Source: Bacteriovoracia bacterium
GTDB taxonomy: Bacteria; Bdellovibrionota; Bacteriovoracia; Bacteriovoracales; Bacteriovoracaceae
Length of the DNA stretch: 53,656 nucleotides
Direction of reading: 5' to 3'
Assembly: GCA_046570105.1 (NCBI GenBank)
Contig: JBKHVI010000013.1
Span: 1-53,656 of the forward strand
The notes beneath the pieces were generated by a model. The model saw nothing but the letters and a program-made list of their open reading frames with translations. It was not told the DNA's origin and ran no database searches. This document shows, one piece after another, positions 27,883 to 38,615 of the stretch. Every line of letters begins with the position of its first letter. The stretch's first letter is position 1. Made by a program: the position numbers and the translations under genes.

Positions 27883-29363
27883 TAGCGCACCGCCAGTGTT
27901 TCAAAGTTGTCACCCGGAAGATCATCGAGGCCCATGACATCGGCCAGTTCAAGTTTTTTCAAGAGATGATCGTACTTCACATTTTCACTGTTCATTTCAG
28001 ACAAGACTCGGTTATCGAGTGCAAGTTTAATTTGCGGGAAAGTGGTGCGACCAGCGGTGTAGTTGTCTTGAGTAGAGTCGTAGTTCGAGCGCGCATTTTT
28101 ATTTTGGAAATCAGCAATGGTGACTTTTTGCTCTAGGAAGCGCACGGTACGCAGAAGAGTGCGAATACGAACTTCTAATTCTCGTTTCGTATTGAAGTAA
28201 TGGATTTCTGCAATTCTCTTATCTAAATAAGCACGCTTATTCACGCGTGAATTAAAAAGACCGCCTTCACCAATCAGCGTCCAGCTCATATTCACCGCTG
28301 CAACTAGTTCAACGTTGCGACCGGTATTGGTTTGGTGCAGCCAATTGTTGCCGTTCGGTGCAAATTGTTGCTGATAAGTTCCCATCCCCAAAGTGAACTT
28401 TGGCAGCGGGAGGTTATCTTTAAGCGTTTTTTCGTATTCGCGGTTGGCATTATCCAAAGCCAGTTTCGCGTCCCTATAGGCCGGTGAAGTTTCTACTGCC
28501 TGTTTGACTGCTTCTTCAGGAGTGGTTCCAAGTGTGGTGAATTTGAGCTGCTCAACGGTTTTGTAGCTAGGACGATACTCATCGCCTAAGAGGTTAGAGA
28601 GTTTTTCTTCCTCATGTCCCACATCAAAGAGGGCCTGCTGATATTCCGTTTGCGCACGTAAGAACTCACCGCGGGTTTGGTAGTATTCCATGGCAGGAAT
28701 TTTGCGCAATTGAAGTTTTTCATGGGCCAGGCGATGAATGAAAGAAGCGAGTCGCAACTGTTCGCGATAAATCATCACGAATTGTTTGGCGCGCACCAGA
28801 GCGAAAAATTGGGCAATGACAGAGAAGCGTAAACGACGGCGCTGCTCAGTCAGACGTTGCTCGTCTCGCTTAAGAATATTTTTATCGTTAAGGTAGGCGA
28901 GATAATCGCGGCCCCAATTAAAGATAGTATAATCTTTAATGGTAATTCCTAATGAGCCGTTAGGTGAAACTTGGCTAGAGAGTCCTGTCGGCTGATTTTG
29001 TGAAGAATAAATGCGGTCGTATCGTTGATTGGACGTATTGAGATCCAAAGAAAGATTTGGCATCCAGAAACTTTCAAACAAATCTGATTTCAGTAAATCA
29101 ATTTTAGCATTGGTGTTGGATCGAACTTGCTCAAATGGATTGCGCCTAAGCGCTTCTTCGATAGCAGTGCGAAGTTCAATCACTCGCGCCAGATCACGAT
29201 CCGGCTCAAGCGGTTGAACCGCATTTCTACGAGGGGAGGGAGCAGATTCAGGAATACTGAGATCGGCATCCCCAGCAACCGGCTCGGGTACAAGCTCATC
29301 TTGAGCGTGAACCTCTGCCAGCAACATCAAAGCCATTACGGCAAAGAAGCGTCTGGATAACAA
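27882..29363 (-). CDS. TolC family outer-membrane protein
   Basis: AIEEALRRNP, two OEP-like repeats, YTAGRTTF. Confidence 0.85.
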   Translation of the reverse strand: MLSRRFFAVMALMLLAEVHAQDELVPEPVAGDADLSIPESAPSPRRNAVQPLEPDRDLARVIELRTAIEEALRRNPFEQVRSNTNAKIDLLKSDLFESFWMPNLSLDLNTSNQRYDRIYSSQNQPTGLSSQVSPNGSLGITIKDYTIFNWGRDYLAYLNDKNILKRDEQRLTEQRRRLRFSVIAQFFALVRAKQFVMIYREQLRLASFIHRLAHEKLQLRKIPAMEYYQTRGEFLRAQTEYQQALFDVGHEEEKLSNLLGDEYRPSYKTVEQLKFTTLGTTPEEAVKQAVETSPAYRDAKLALDNANREYEKTLKDNLPLPKFTLGMGTYQQQFAPNGNNWLHQTNTGRNVELVAAVNMSWTLIGEGGLFNSRVNKRAYLDKRIAEIHYFNTKRELEVRIRTLLRTVRFLEQKVTIADFQNKNARSNYDSTQDNYTAGRTTFPQIKLALDNRVLSEMNSENVKYDHLLKKLELADVMGLDDLPGDNFETLAVR

Positions 29364-29437
29364 AATGTCTCTCCTATTGAGGAGTTGTGTGTGAAGGAGA
29401 GTCTAGCAAGGGTGATTTTAGAAAGTAAAACTTAAGT

Positions 29438-29788
29438 TTATAAGTTAATGCCGGGACAACCAGAACGAATGATGGATTCTTCTAAGCTTTGTACTTGCAA
29501 CGTGGCCAGATAGAGTTCATTCCGGAGTGTAATTTGATTCGACTCAAGCCGCTTTTTCATAGTGACTTTCATCTCTGGGGTTTTCTTCAATAAATTTTGA
29601 TTGCGCTCGAGAAGCCCTGTCAGTCTCTGGCGAACTTTGACCTTATCATTACGGTCTTGCATCAATTCCTTACAACGCGATGAAAGATTAGGATCAGTGA
29701 TAATATCGCGGTTTACCGAGGTTTCCTGGGCGCTAGCCACGAGAGTGCCTAAAAGAGTCAATAATCCGACGGTCATCCATCTTTTCAT
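29438..29788 (-). CDS. Secreted coiled-coil hypothetical protein
   Basis: Signal peptide, C...GCP; RBS aggag. Confidence 0.75.
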   Translation of the reverse strand: MKRWMTVGLLTLLGTLVASAQETSVNRDIITDPNLSSRCKELMQDRNDKVKVRQRLTGLLERNQNLLKKTPEMKVTMKKRLESNQITLRNELYLATLQVQSLEESIIRSGCPGINL

Positions 29789-29890
29789 TCTCCTATTATA
29801 ACGTGCAGTGTCCTCGAAAGTGCAACTGGGAAATGGTTGTCGGTGGCCCCTCTCAAAGACTATGATGAGCTGTCACACTCCTGAGGTTCT

Positions 29891-30619
29891 ATGCGTCCTG
29901 CCGTTGTCCTGATTCCGGCCCGTTTTCAATCCACTCGTTTCCCGGGTAAACCGCTTGCCCCCATAAATGGCCGCTCGATGATCGAATGGGTTTATTCCCG
30001 TGCAAAACTCTGTGGCTTTCCCACTTATGTGGTGACAGATGATGAGCGCATTGAAAAAGCGGTGAAAGCTTTTGGCGGTGAAGTTTTGCGAGTGGATGAC
30101 GATGTTCCTTCAGGTTCTGAGCGAATCGCTTTGGCCTATCAGCGATATCTTAAAAAAGATCCCGCTCAGTTTGTAGTGAATGTGCAAGGGGATGAGCCAC
30201 TCCTTCAGGGAGAAATCCTAAAATCACTGGTGGAGTTTCATAACAAATCGAGTTTTGACATCACTACTTTGGTGCGCGAACGCGCGCGCAGTGAGAGTGA
30301 TTGGCAAAATCCTAATGTCGTTAAAGCGGTGATGGGTTTGCATGGTCGCTGCAGTTATTTTTCACGCGCCAGTGTGCCTTTTGAACGTGACGGTCAGAGT
30401 AGTCCGTGGTTTCAGCATATCGGCGTTTATTGTTACCGAGCTGAAGCACTTGAGAAATTCGTGACCTTGGCGGCATCACCCCTAGAAAATTTAGAAAAAT
30501 TAGAACAGTTACGTGCGATGGAAAATGGCATGAGTTTTGGAGCATTAGTCACCACTCAACGTTTGATCGGTGTCGATACACCTGAAGATGTGAAAAGAGT
30601 CGAGGAGGCCTTAAAGTGA
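29891..30619 (+). CDS. kdsB: 3-deoxy-manno-octulosonate cytidylyltransferase
   Basis: IPARFQSTRFPGKPL, NVQGDEP, EKLEQLR, GVDTPED. Confidence 0.95.
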   Translation: MRPAVVLIPARFQSTRFPGKPLAPINGRSMIEWVYSRAKLCGFPTYVVTDDERIEKAVKAFGGEVLRVDDDVPSGSERIALAYQRYLKKDPAQFVVNVQGDEPLLQGEILKSLVEFHNKSSFDITTLVRERARSESDWQNPNVVKAVMGLHGRCSYFSRASVPFERDGQSSPWFQHIGVYCYRAEALEKFVTLAASPLENLEKLEQLRAMENGMSFGALVTTQRLIGVDTPEDVKRVEEALK

Positions 30620-32229
30620 GCAAGAACACCAAGAAATACATTTTTATTACCGGTGGTGTAACCAGCTCGCTGGGCAAGGGTCTTGCAGCTGCTTCGATTG
30701 CCTCTTTAATTGAGCGTCGTGGATTTCGCGTTAATATGCTCAAGATGGACCCCTACATTAACGTAGATCCAGGCACGATGAGTCCTACTCAGCACGGCGA
30801 AGTGTTTGTCACAGATGACGGGGCAGAAACGGATTTGGATTTAGGCCACTATGAGCGTTTCACCACGTTGACGCTTTCACGCACCAACAATTTCACCACC
30901 GGCCAAGTTTATTTAAAAGTGATTGAGAACGAACGAGAAGGAAAATATCTCGGTAAAACCGTCCAAGTCGTTCCTCACGTTACGGACGAAATTAAGCGCC
31001 GTATCCTTTTAGCGGCTGAAAAATGCGATATGTTGATTGGTGAAATCGGTGGAACGGTGGGGGATATTGAATCGCTACCGTTTATGGAATCAATTCGTCA
31101 GTTCGCACTGGATGTCGGCACCGAAAACGTACTCTTTATCCACTTGGTACTGGTGCCTTATTTGGCGGCAGCGGGTGAATTAAAATCAAAACCTGCTCAG
31201 CACTCAGTCAAAGAATTGCGCTCGATTGGTCTGTTCCCGCAAATGATTATTTGTCGGGCCGATCGCGAGATCGATCAAAATATCTTGGATAAAATTTCGC
31301 TCTTTTGTAATGTGCCTAAGCAAAACGTTTTTCAGTGTATCGATATGGATTTGATATACAAAGTGCCACTTGAATTCAACCGTCAGCGCCTCGATGAGCG
31401 CATTACTGAAATTTTGAATATCTGGTCACCCCAGCCGAATATTAAAGAACTCGAGCAAGTGGTCTACAATGCCACCCATCCTTTGCATGAAGTTGAAATT
31501 GGTATCGTTGGAAAATATACCGAGTTGATTGAGTCTTATAAGTCGCTCGACGAAGCTCTTCGCCATGCGGCCATGGCTACACAAACTAAACTTAAGCCGG
31601 TTTATATCGATGCTGAAGAGATGGAAAAAACCAAAGACCTCTCAAAACTCGACAATGTTCAAGCGATTCTTGTTCCGGGAGGATTTGGCTCTCGCGGAAC
31701 GGAAGGCAAGATCATGGCGATTCAATACGCCCGGGAAAAGAAAATTCCTTTCTTTGGAATTTGCCTTGGTTTACAGCTTGCGATGATTGAGTTCGCTCGC
31801 CATAAAGCGAATATTAAAAATGCCACCTCGATGGAATTTAGCGACTCAGGTGATTTTGTTATTCACTATATGTCTGGTCAGCGTGACGCTCAAAAAGGCG
31901 GCACCATGCGCTTAGGCGCTTATGATTGCAATATTGATGAAGGTAGCCTCGCTCACAAGATTTATGGCAAAAACCTCATCTCGGAGCGCCATCGCCATCG
32001 CTTAGAAGTAAACAACGCCTTCGTCGATCAACTCAAAAAAGCCGGCATGATAGTCTCCGGAGTAAATAAGCAACTGAACTTAGTTGAAATTATCGAACTG
32101 AAAGATCATCCGCATTTTATCGCCTGCCAATATCATCCGGAGTTTAAATCACGTCCCGTTGATCCACATCCGCTGTTTGCAAGCTTTATGAAAGCGGCGA
32201 TTGCTCAGAAAGAAGGAAAGAAAGTATGA
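30616..32229 (+). CDS. pyrG: CTP synthase
   Basis: ITGGVTSSLGKG, GICLGLQ, ERHRHR, QYHPEF. Confidence 0.97.
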   Translation: MSKNTKKYIFITGGVTSSLGKGLAAASIASLIERRGFRVNMLKMDPYINVDPGTMSPTQHGEVFVTDDGAETDLDLGHYERFTTLTLSRTNNFTTGQVYLKVIENEREGKYLGKTVQVVPHVTDEIKRRILLAAEKCDMLIGEIGGTVGDIESLPFMESIRQFALDVGTENVLFIHLVLVPYLAAAGELKSKPAQHSVKELRSIGLFPQMIICRADREIDQNILDKISLFCNVPKQNVFQCIDMDLIYKVPLEFNRQRLDERITEILNIWSPQPNIKELEQVVYNATHPLHEVEIGIVGKYTELIESYKSLDEALRHAAMATQTKLKPVYIDAEEMEKTKDLSKLDNVQAILVPGGFGSRGTEGKIMAIQYAREKKIPFFGICLGLQLAMIEFARHKANIKNATSMEFSDSGDFVIHYMSGQRDAQKGGTMRLGAYDCNIDEGSLAHKIYGKNLISERHRHRLEVNNAFVDQLKKAGMIVSGVNKQLNLVEIIELKDHPHFIACQYHPEFKSRPVDPHPLFASFMKAAIAQKEGKKV

Positions 32230-33023
32230 AAATGGATTTTTTTATCGGCCCGTGTGTAATCGAGAGCCGTGATCTTGCGATGACTATTGCTGAACGCTTA
32301 GTCAAAGACCTTGAGCCATTTAAATCGAAAATCAATCTGCACTTCAAGGGCAGCTTTGATAAGGCCAATCGCTCATCATTTACTTCTTATCGCGGCCCAG
32401 GTCTTGAGGAAGGTTTAAAGATTTTGCAAGAGGTGAATAAGACTTTCGGTCTTCCCACTATCACTGACTTCCATCTGCCTGATCAAGCTGAACCAGTGGC
32501 CAGTGTGGTGCATGTTTTGCAAGTGCCAGCATTCTTGTGTCGTCAGACGGATATGATTCATGCCGGCTCACTGGCGTGTGTGAAACATAATCGCACCTTG
32601 AAAGTGAAAAAAGGACAGTTCCTCTCACCGGAAGAAACCAAAAACATCGTTGATAAAGCGGTGTCCGCAGGACTCTCAAAAGATAAGATTCTTCTGACTG
32701 AACGGGGGAGCTCATTTGGTTATAACAACCTCGTGGTTGATATGGCGTCTTTTCAAATTATGAAATCTTTTGGAGTGCGCACCGTTCACGATGCCACTCA
32801 CTGCGTGCAGCGTCCGGGCGGACTCGGTACGGCAACAGGTGGAAAGCGCGAGCAAATTTTAACACTCGCTCGTGCCGCCGTAGCCGCTGGGGCCGATGGT
32901 ATCTTTATGGAAACGCATCCAGATCCGAGTAAGGCACTCTCAGACGCTGCGACTGCACTGCCTCTGGAGCAAGTCAAAGGCATCGTCGAGAAGCTTTTGG
33001 CGATCAAAGAGGTGGTAGGATGA
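32226..33023 (+). CDS. kdsA: KDO-8-phosphate synthase
   Basis: GPCVIES, SFDKANRS, PAFLCRQTD, KKGQF, DATHCVQ. Confidence 0.95.
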   Translation: MKMDFFIGPCVIESRDLAMTIAERLVKDLEPFKSKINLHFKGSFDKANRSSFTSYRGPGLEEGLKILQEVNKTFGLPTITDFHLPDQAEPVASVVHVLQVPAFLCRQTDMIHAGSLACVKHNRTLKVKKGQFLSPEETKNIVDKAVSAGLSKDKILLTERGSSFGYNNLVVDMASFQIMKSFGVRTVHDATHCVQRPGGLGTATGGKREQILTLARAAVAAGADGIFMETHPDPSKALSDAATALPLEQVKGIVEKLLAIKEVVG

Positions 33024-33565
33024 GAGATTTAAAGACAGAAGCCAAAAAGATTGTTTCAAAGCTCAAAAAAATTAAAGTCGCTTGTTTTGATGTCGATGGT
33101 ATTTTGACTGATGCCAAAGTTTATTATGATGGCGCGGAAATGGGTTTTAACCGCACATTCTGTGTTTACGACGGTTACGGTATGAAGCTCTTAATGAGCG
33201 CTGGAATCAAAGTTGGTATTATCACCGGCGGCAACTCACTGGGCGTACAAAAGCGTGTAGAGCAGTTAGGACTTGATTTCAGTTATGCCGGTAACGAAGA
33301 CAAGCGTGAAGCTTTCAAAGATTTAATCAAACGCTATAACGTGAAGCCGGATGAGATTCTTTATATGGGGGATGAACTCTTTGATATCCCACTTCTAAAA
33401 GCAGCCGGATTCTCGGCAACAGTTCCCAGTGCTGGTCTTGAGGTTCGCGAGATTGTCGATTATATCACTGAGAGAACCAGCGGTGATGGCTGTGCTCGTG
33501 AGGTCATCGATCTACTTCGATATGCTCAAGATATTCATCCCGTGATTGATGAGATGAAGCTGTGA
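33020..33565 (+). CDS. kdsC: KDO-8-phosphate phosphatase (HAD)
   Basis: DVDGILTD, DGYG, YMGDELFD, GCAREV. Confidence 0.93.
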   Translation: MRDLKTEAKKIVSKLKKIKVACFDVDGILTDAKVYYDGAEMGFNRTFCVYDGYGMKLLMSAGIKVGIITGGNSLGVQKRVEQLGLDFSYAGNEDKREAFKDLIKRYNVKPDEILYMGDELFDIPLLKAAGFSATVPSAGLEVREIVDYITERTSGDGCAREVIDLLRYAQDIHPVIDEMKL

Positions 33566-34143
33566 GAGGGAAGCGCATTTATCGAACCGCCATGATTGCA
33601 CCATTTCGTTTGGTGCTTTTGGCCTTGGTGCTTTTTTTCTATCATGATTTGTACTTGGGCACTTTTCAGATTGAGTTATTTCTTAAAGAAGGAAAACTTG
33701 GCTGGTGGGATGCTATTCAGTTTCATCTCAAATATCCCACCGAGCTCTTTTGGCTGACTGGTTTGGTGATTCCTCCAGTTATTTATTACGGATTTATTCG
33801 TGGTGTGCGCTTCTATGAGAAGGGTTATCTCTTTAATCGGGGAATCCCTTTTTTAAACTCCTGGTTTAATTACGAGCAGGCTTCGCATTACAAACTTTTG
33901 GCGCCTAAAAGTATCATCGCCATTTTCTCTAACTCAGGCGAAATCCACCTGGTCGCTGACGGTAACATCGAACGAGTTATCGCCATCCTCGATCAACACG
34001 GCGTGAAAGGAGATCTGGCGCAAGAGGCGCAGATTCGTCTTATTCAAAACGTGAAGAAGTTCATCTATGTGGTCTTGTTTTTCACTGTAGTGATTTACAC
34101 AGCGCTGAAGCTTGGATTGTTTAGGTTTGTGCCTACGCTCTAA
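33562..34143 (+). CDS. Hypothetical membrane protein
   Basis: Three hydrophobic segments; GTGA overlap with kdsC. Confidence 0.7.
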   Translation: MRGKRIYRTAMIAPFRLVLLALVLFFYHDLYLGTFQIELFLKEGKLGWWDAIQFHLKYPTELFWLTGLVIPPVIYYGFIRGVRFYEKGYLFNRGIPFLNSWFNYEQASHYKLLAPKSIIAIFSNSGEIHLVADGNIERVIAILDQHGVKGDLAQEAQIRLIQNVKKFIYVVLFFTVVIYTALKLGLFRFVPTL

Positions 34144-34152
34144 AGCGATTAA

Positions 34153-34202
34153 TCGAAATTTGACCGTAAATTATAAATTCATTACTTACGGTCGATTTTT
34201 GA
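34153..34202. terminator. Inverted repeat between convergent genes (bidirectional terminator candidate)
   Basis: tgaccgtaa...ttacggtcg with AT-rich flanks. Confidence 0.5.
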
Positions 34203-34208
34203 AGCGTC

Positions 34209-35150
34209 CTACGCTCTAAAACTCGCGGCCTTCATCAAGCGGTTCATCAGCGCACGCCAGGCCTCAGTGCGGCGATGCTCTTCACGCAACATAACGATAA
34301 TGGCGTCGTGACGTGGACTCAGGTCACGCAGTTGTTGATAGAGCAAGCGAGCGGCGAGGATAGGGTCATCGGCCAGCACGAGTTCAACCGGATTAACGAT
34401 AGAGATTTTTAGTTTCTTTTGCGCGGCCTCAATCAGTTCAAGCTTAGGAAGATTGTCAGTGATGAGTACAGGTATGGAAGGCATGTAGTGATGCTGCAAT
34501 TGCCCTGGAGCGACCGGACTTTCGGTATAACTCGTTTCAGTCGGAAGACCGGCGTCTTCAAGGATGTCATGTAGTTTAGCGGCAGTATAAAACCCTGGAC
34601 GATAGACTAAGAGCTTCCAGCGTCCACCGTTACGTACAACGGCCGCGACAGTTGATTCAATTCCTACTTCACAAGAACCCCCATCAAGCACCATGACGGA
34701 GTCACCAAATTCACTGTGAACATGCTCAGCTTGAGTAGGAGAGGTCTTACCGAACTTGTTAGCGCTAGGAGCAGCGAGACCCGCAAAGTCTTTTAAAAGT
34801 TCAAGAGTGAGCGGATGGCGAGGGCAGCGAAGTCCCACATCCATAAGTCCTGAGGTAATTAAGGGATTGAGGGTATGGATCTTGGGCGCAATCAAAGTCA
34901 AAGGACCAGGCCAGCAGTTTTTGGCCAAGGCCTCATGAATTTCAGTCCACTCTGTGGTGAGAGCGCGCGCTTTGTCGGTTGTGTCTACGTGGACAATCAA
35001 GGGATCAAAAAACGGACGCTCTTTGACTGAAAAGATTTTTCTCAGACCTGCATCTTGTTCGATATCTCCGGCCAGTCCATAAACTGTCTCAGTGGGGATT
35101 GCCACCACGTCACCGCTTTTGAGTTTCTCGCGCGCCTCTTTGAGTGCCAT
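34209..35150 (-). CDS. sua5: L-threonylcarbamoyladenylate synthase (Sua5/TsaC)
   Basis: IPTETVYGL, KERP..PLIVH, WPGPLT, AAPSAN, APGQ..HY. Confidence 0.93.
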   Translation of the reverse strand: MALKEAREKLKSGDVVAIPTETVYGLAGDIEQDAGLRKIFSVKERPFFDPLIVHVDTTDKARALTTEWTEIHEALAKNCWPGPLTLIAPKIHTLNPLITSGLMDVGLRCPRHPLTLELLKDFAGLAAPSANKFGKTSPTQAEHVHSEFGDSVMVLDGGSCEVGIESTVAAVVRNGGRWKLLVYRPGFYTAAKLHDILEDAGLPTETSYTESPVAPGQLQHHYMPSIPVLITDNLPKLELIEAAQKKLKISIVNPVELVLADDPILAARLLYQQLRDLSPRHDAIIVMLREEHRRTEAWRALMNRLMKAASFRA

Positions 35151-37222
35151 TACTCGCTCCAGATTGAGGCCGGCTGACGAGTTCCATTCAGGCGTTTAAA
35201 GGTATCGATGACTCCAAGACCTCTGAACTGTCCCACTGAAAAGGCAGTTGAGAAGGGAAGACCTTGGCGAGAAGTCGCATAAAGTGATCCACTGACGAAT
35301 GCGTTTTCGCCAAAGAGCACTTGAAATGTTGCTAGATCATCAATTTCTTTAAGGAGTGTCGTCATCATTTTCTTTAAAAGTGCCAGCTCGAGTCTGCTGG
35401 TATCGTTAAAGACTTTTTTATAGGCCAAATAAGGATCGCGCAAGCTTTTTACGCAACTCGATTTTTTAGCACAGACGAGGTTGAACTCATTTAAGACTTG
35501 TTGTTCCGGGAGTTGATGGAAGAACTGGAGTCCATCTCCCATGACGCGAACGTTAGTGGTCACCATCATCGGACCTTTAAGATCCTCATTGCTCACAGAA
35601 TTACGAAGTTCAGGTGAGAGAGTGGTGTAACGCTCCATATATTCAATAATATCTTTTTTATAGGAGCGATCAATCCAGCGATCAGTGCGCGCAGCTTGAT
35701 AAGAGAGGCTCACCATCATAGAGAACTGCTCCTGAGTTTCAATCAGCATTTTGTCAGGATCAGGTGATTGAGGGAGTGTCGCCTCATATTCAAGATTCAG
35801 TTTACGTGTAAAGGCTGCGTCGTTCTTGATGAGAGTATTGAATTGAAAAATACGGAAAATAAAACTAGAGAAGAGACGGCTCCAGAAATTTTGCACCAAT
35901 CGAATCGACTCATTGTAGTTTTTAAAGAAAGTTTTTACCACTTGGTCTTTAATCACTCGCACCTGCTCCATAGAGGATTTTTTAAGCGATCCCCATAGTA
36001 AAAGCATCGTACGTGAATTTGTGCTGGTCGTGTGTGATTGATCCAGGCGTGTCACATAAGGCTCAAGATAGCGAATGTCAGGAGAATTTTTTCTCAGCAT
36101 TTGAGCAAATTCTTTTGCAGTATCAGAACCATCGGTTAAGCGTGCCTTGTGCTCTTCGCGAAAACTTAACTGAAACTCGTTACTTTTTTCAGAAGAAAAT
36201 TCCAGGTCATAGCTCAGCAATGTGAATTTTATCAGTTTGAAGAAATCTAATTGGAGTGCAGCTGTCACTCCAGCACTTTTTGTGAGCGCAGATTTGTGAG
36301 AGACACGTAAGAATTCACCCGGGCGATTGGCCTCTTGAGCTGTCACACTTTGCAGAGTCAGTGTTGATTGGTTGGTAATCTCCGCCATCGCACCTGCTGA
36401 AAAGGAAAAGCCATAAAAAGGGGGGCTCTCAATCAATCCACCGAGTGCCGCACTCCAAGTATCTTCTCTTCGCATCACGCGACCATTATTAAGTGCCAGC
36501 GCACCATTGGGAGTGTGAGCAAGGAAAGGCAAGAAGAGGTAACGATAGTCGGCAATCAGGCCTTCCATGAAACTATTGGCGAAATGAAAAGTTGTATAAA
36601 CACGTTTGAAATTGATACCAGCGAAAGCCGCTATTTCGGAGGATGTCATATCAACGGCACCGGCCTCATTCATCTTTCCTAAAAAGCTGGTGGCTTCGAT
36701 GACGACAGTAAAGGTATCCATCACGATCCAACGATTGGCATCGAAGAGATCAGGGGAGAGCTGGCGATCAGTATAAATCCCAAAGCCACCAAAAGGTTTC
36801 TGCCAACTAAAGCCAGAAAAATTCTGGACGCCTAAATTAAACTGATTATTAAACATCGCCACACGCTCTGATTCCGCCTGGCCGATACCTTGATAGCGCA
36901 AATCTAGCCAATCACGGATTTGGCCGTAGAGAAGTGATTCTTGACCGTCAGTCGGCGTGCTTTTAGCAAAGTTTTTGGCACTCTTTTGAGCGTTTTGTTG
37001 AGCGACTTCAGCATCAAATAAAAAAGGAATCAACGCCTGTCGTGGGTCAACTTGTGGGGCCGCTCGTAAACTTTTGGCGTTGTCAGAACTGGCCCTCAGA
37101 GCGGATTTAAAACTTTCCGACAAACGAATATGTTTTAAATCTAAACTATTTTCGCTTGCTCCCACGACACCGGAATAGACCAGTGCTAAAATAAGGGAAA
37201 GCGCGTGCCATTTACTGCTCAT
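35150..37222 (-). CDS. Large secreted beta-rich hypothetical protein
   Basis: Signal peptide from MSSKWH; C-terminal RQPAS. Confidence 0.75.
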   Translation of the reverse strand: MSSKWHALSLILALVYSGVVGASENSLDLKHIRLSESFKSALRASSDNAKSLRAAPQVDPRQALIPFLFDAEVAQQNAQKSAKNFAKSTPTDGQESLLYGQIRDWLDLRYQGIGQAESERVAMFNNQFNLGVQNFSGFSWQKPFGGFGIYTDRQLSPDLFDANRWIVMDTFTVVIEATSFLGKMNEAGAVDMTSSEIAAFAGINFKRVYTTFHFANSFMEGLIADYRYLFLPFLAHTPNGALALNNGRVMRREDTWSAALGGLIESPPFYGFSFSAGAMAEITNQSTLTLQSVTAQEANRPGEFLRVSHKSALTKSAGVTAALQLDFFKLIKFTLLSYDLEFSSEKSNEFQLSFREEHKARLTDGSDTAKEFAQMLRKNSPDIRYLEPYVTRLDQSHTTSTNSRTMLLLWGSLKKSSMEQVRVIKDQVVKTFFKNYNESIRLVQNFWSRLFSSFIFRIFQFNTLIKNDAAFTRKLNLEYEATLPQSPDPDKMLIETQEQFSMMVSLSYQAARTDRWIDRSYKKDIIEYMERYTTLSPELRNSVSNEDLKGPMMVTTNVRVMGDGLQFFHQLPEQQVLNEFNLVCAKKSSCVKSLRDPYLAYKKVFNDTSRLELALLKKMMTTLLKEIDDLATFQVLFGENAFVSGSLYATSRQGLPFSTAFSVGQFRGLGVIDTFKRLNGTRQPASIWSE

Positions 37223-37255
37223 AGACTGTCCTTTGGGACTCGAAGGTTCCGAACT

Positions 37256-37283
37256 ATATCGGTAGAATGTGCGCTCCTTTTTA
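37256..37283 (-). promoter_or_regulatory. Putative sigma28/FliA-type promoter
   Basis: Minus strand TAAA-N16-ACCGATAT. Confidence 0.55.
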
Positions 37284-37314
37284 GGCCCAGACAGTAACAC
37301 TCAAGAGAGCCCCT

Positions 37315-37578
37315 ATGAGCGACCCTAAGCATGAGAAATTCCGGGAATTACTCGACCAAAACTATCAATGGCCCGACTTCTATACCTGGAAATTTATCGT
37401 TAAAGTCGAGAGTCAAAACCATGTACTGGCACTCTTGGACGGGCATGAAATCAGCGTAAAAATCTCGGAAAAAGGTAATTACGTGAGTATTACTTCGCGC
37501 AAATTAGTTAAGACGACGGAAGAGGTGCTCGAGGTCTATAGTTTAATATCTAAAATCCCTGGGGTCATGAGCCTCTAA
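37315..37578 (+). CDS. DUF493 / YbeD-like protein
   Basis: WPDFYTWKFI, SEKGNYVSIT, IPGVMSL. Confidence 0.85.
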   Translation: MSDPKHEKFRELLDQNYQWPDFYTWKFIVKVESQNHVLALLDGHEISVKISEKGNYVSITSRKLVKTTEEVLEVYSLISKIPGVMSL

Positions 37579-37588
37579 AGGAAGTGGT

Positions 37589-38614
37589 ATGCGGCAGACA
37601 GCAGTTGTTTTAGGTGCAGGGGCATTTGGTACATCCATCGCGTTTGTGCTTTCACAAAATTTTAAACGCGTTGTCATCAAGGTGCGCTCTCAAGATATCT
37701 ACGATGAAATTAAACGTGGCGAAAACCACACGTATCTTCCAGGACAGGCGATACCGACTCAAATTGTTCCGGCCTTAACTTGGAGTGAGTTGCACTCACT
37801 CACGGAAGGGGATGTTGAACTGGTCGTTTCAGGGCTTCCGACTTCGGCAATACGACCATTTTTCATTGAACATGCAGCAGAAGTTAAAAAGTTTCTTTCC
37901 AAGGGAATTCCCTTTGTCTCGCTCGCTAAAGGTATTGATACTGAAACTCTCGAGTTACCGGATGATATGTTCAGAGACTATCTTGGCGAATATGAAGACC
38001 AATTGACCTATCTCTCGGGTCCATCCTTTGCCAAAGAGATTCTGGATAAGCAGATCACGCTAGTAAGTTTAGCAGGGCGTTCTCGCACAACTCTTTTGTT
38101 AGCAGCAGAAATGCTACAGACAGATTTTTTTAAATGCTTCCCGACTTATGATGTGAAAGGTGTGCTCTTGGGTGGTGCTCTCAAAAACGTCCTGGCGATT
38201 TCGAGCGGGATTATTGAAGGCCTGGGCTTTAACCACAACACTCGCGCCGCCATGATCACTCGCGGGATTGTGGAGATGCTTCGTTATGGAGTGGTTTTTA
38301 ATGCTCGTCCAGAAACGTTTTATGGCTTCTCTGGTATGGGGGATTTGATTCTGACATCTACCGGTGAAATGTCGCGAAATAAGCAGTTTGGTATTGAAGT
38401 CGCCAAAGGCAGAAAGCCAGAAGATATTATCAAATCATCGCGCTCGGTGGTGGAAGGCTATAAAACCACTAAAGCCGCTTATGAGTTGGCGAAGAAGTAT
38501 GAAATTCGCGCGCGCCTTTTTCAAGGCATGTATATGGTGCTTTATAAAGGATACGCCCCTGAGGCGCTCATTAGTGAAATGATGAAACTTCCTTCTAAGT
38601 TCGATGGAGAGTAG
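37589..38614 (+). CDS. gpsA: NAD(P)H-dependent glycerol-3-phosphate dehydrogenase
   Basis: GAGAFGT, LSGPSFA, GGALKNVLAI, GMGDLILT..SRN. Confidence 0.95.
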   Translation: MRQTAVVLGAGAFGTSIAFVLSQNFKRVVIKVRSQDIYDEIKRGENHTYLPGQAIPTQIVPALTWSELHSLTEGDVELVVSGLPTSAIRPFFIEHAAEVKKFLSKGIPFVSLAKGIDTETLELPDDMFRDYLGEYEDQLTYLSGPSFAKEILDKQITLVSLAGRSRTTLLLAAEMLQTDFFKCFPTYDVKGVLLGGALKNVLAISSGIIEGLGFNHNTRAAMITRGIVEMLRYGVVFNARPETFYGFSGMGDLILTSTGEMSRNKQFGIEVAKGRKPEDIIKSSRSVVEGYKTTKAAYELAKKYEIRARLFQGMYMVLYKGYAPEALISEMMKLPSKFDGE

Positions 38615-38615
38615 T

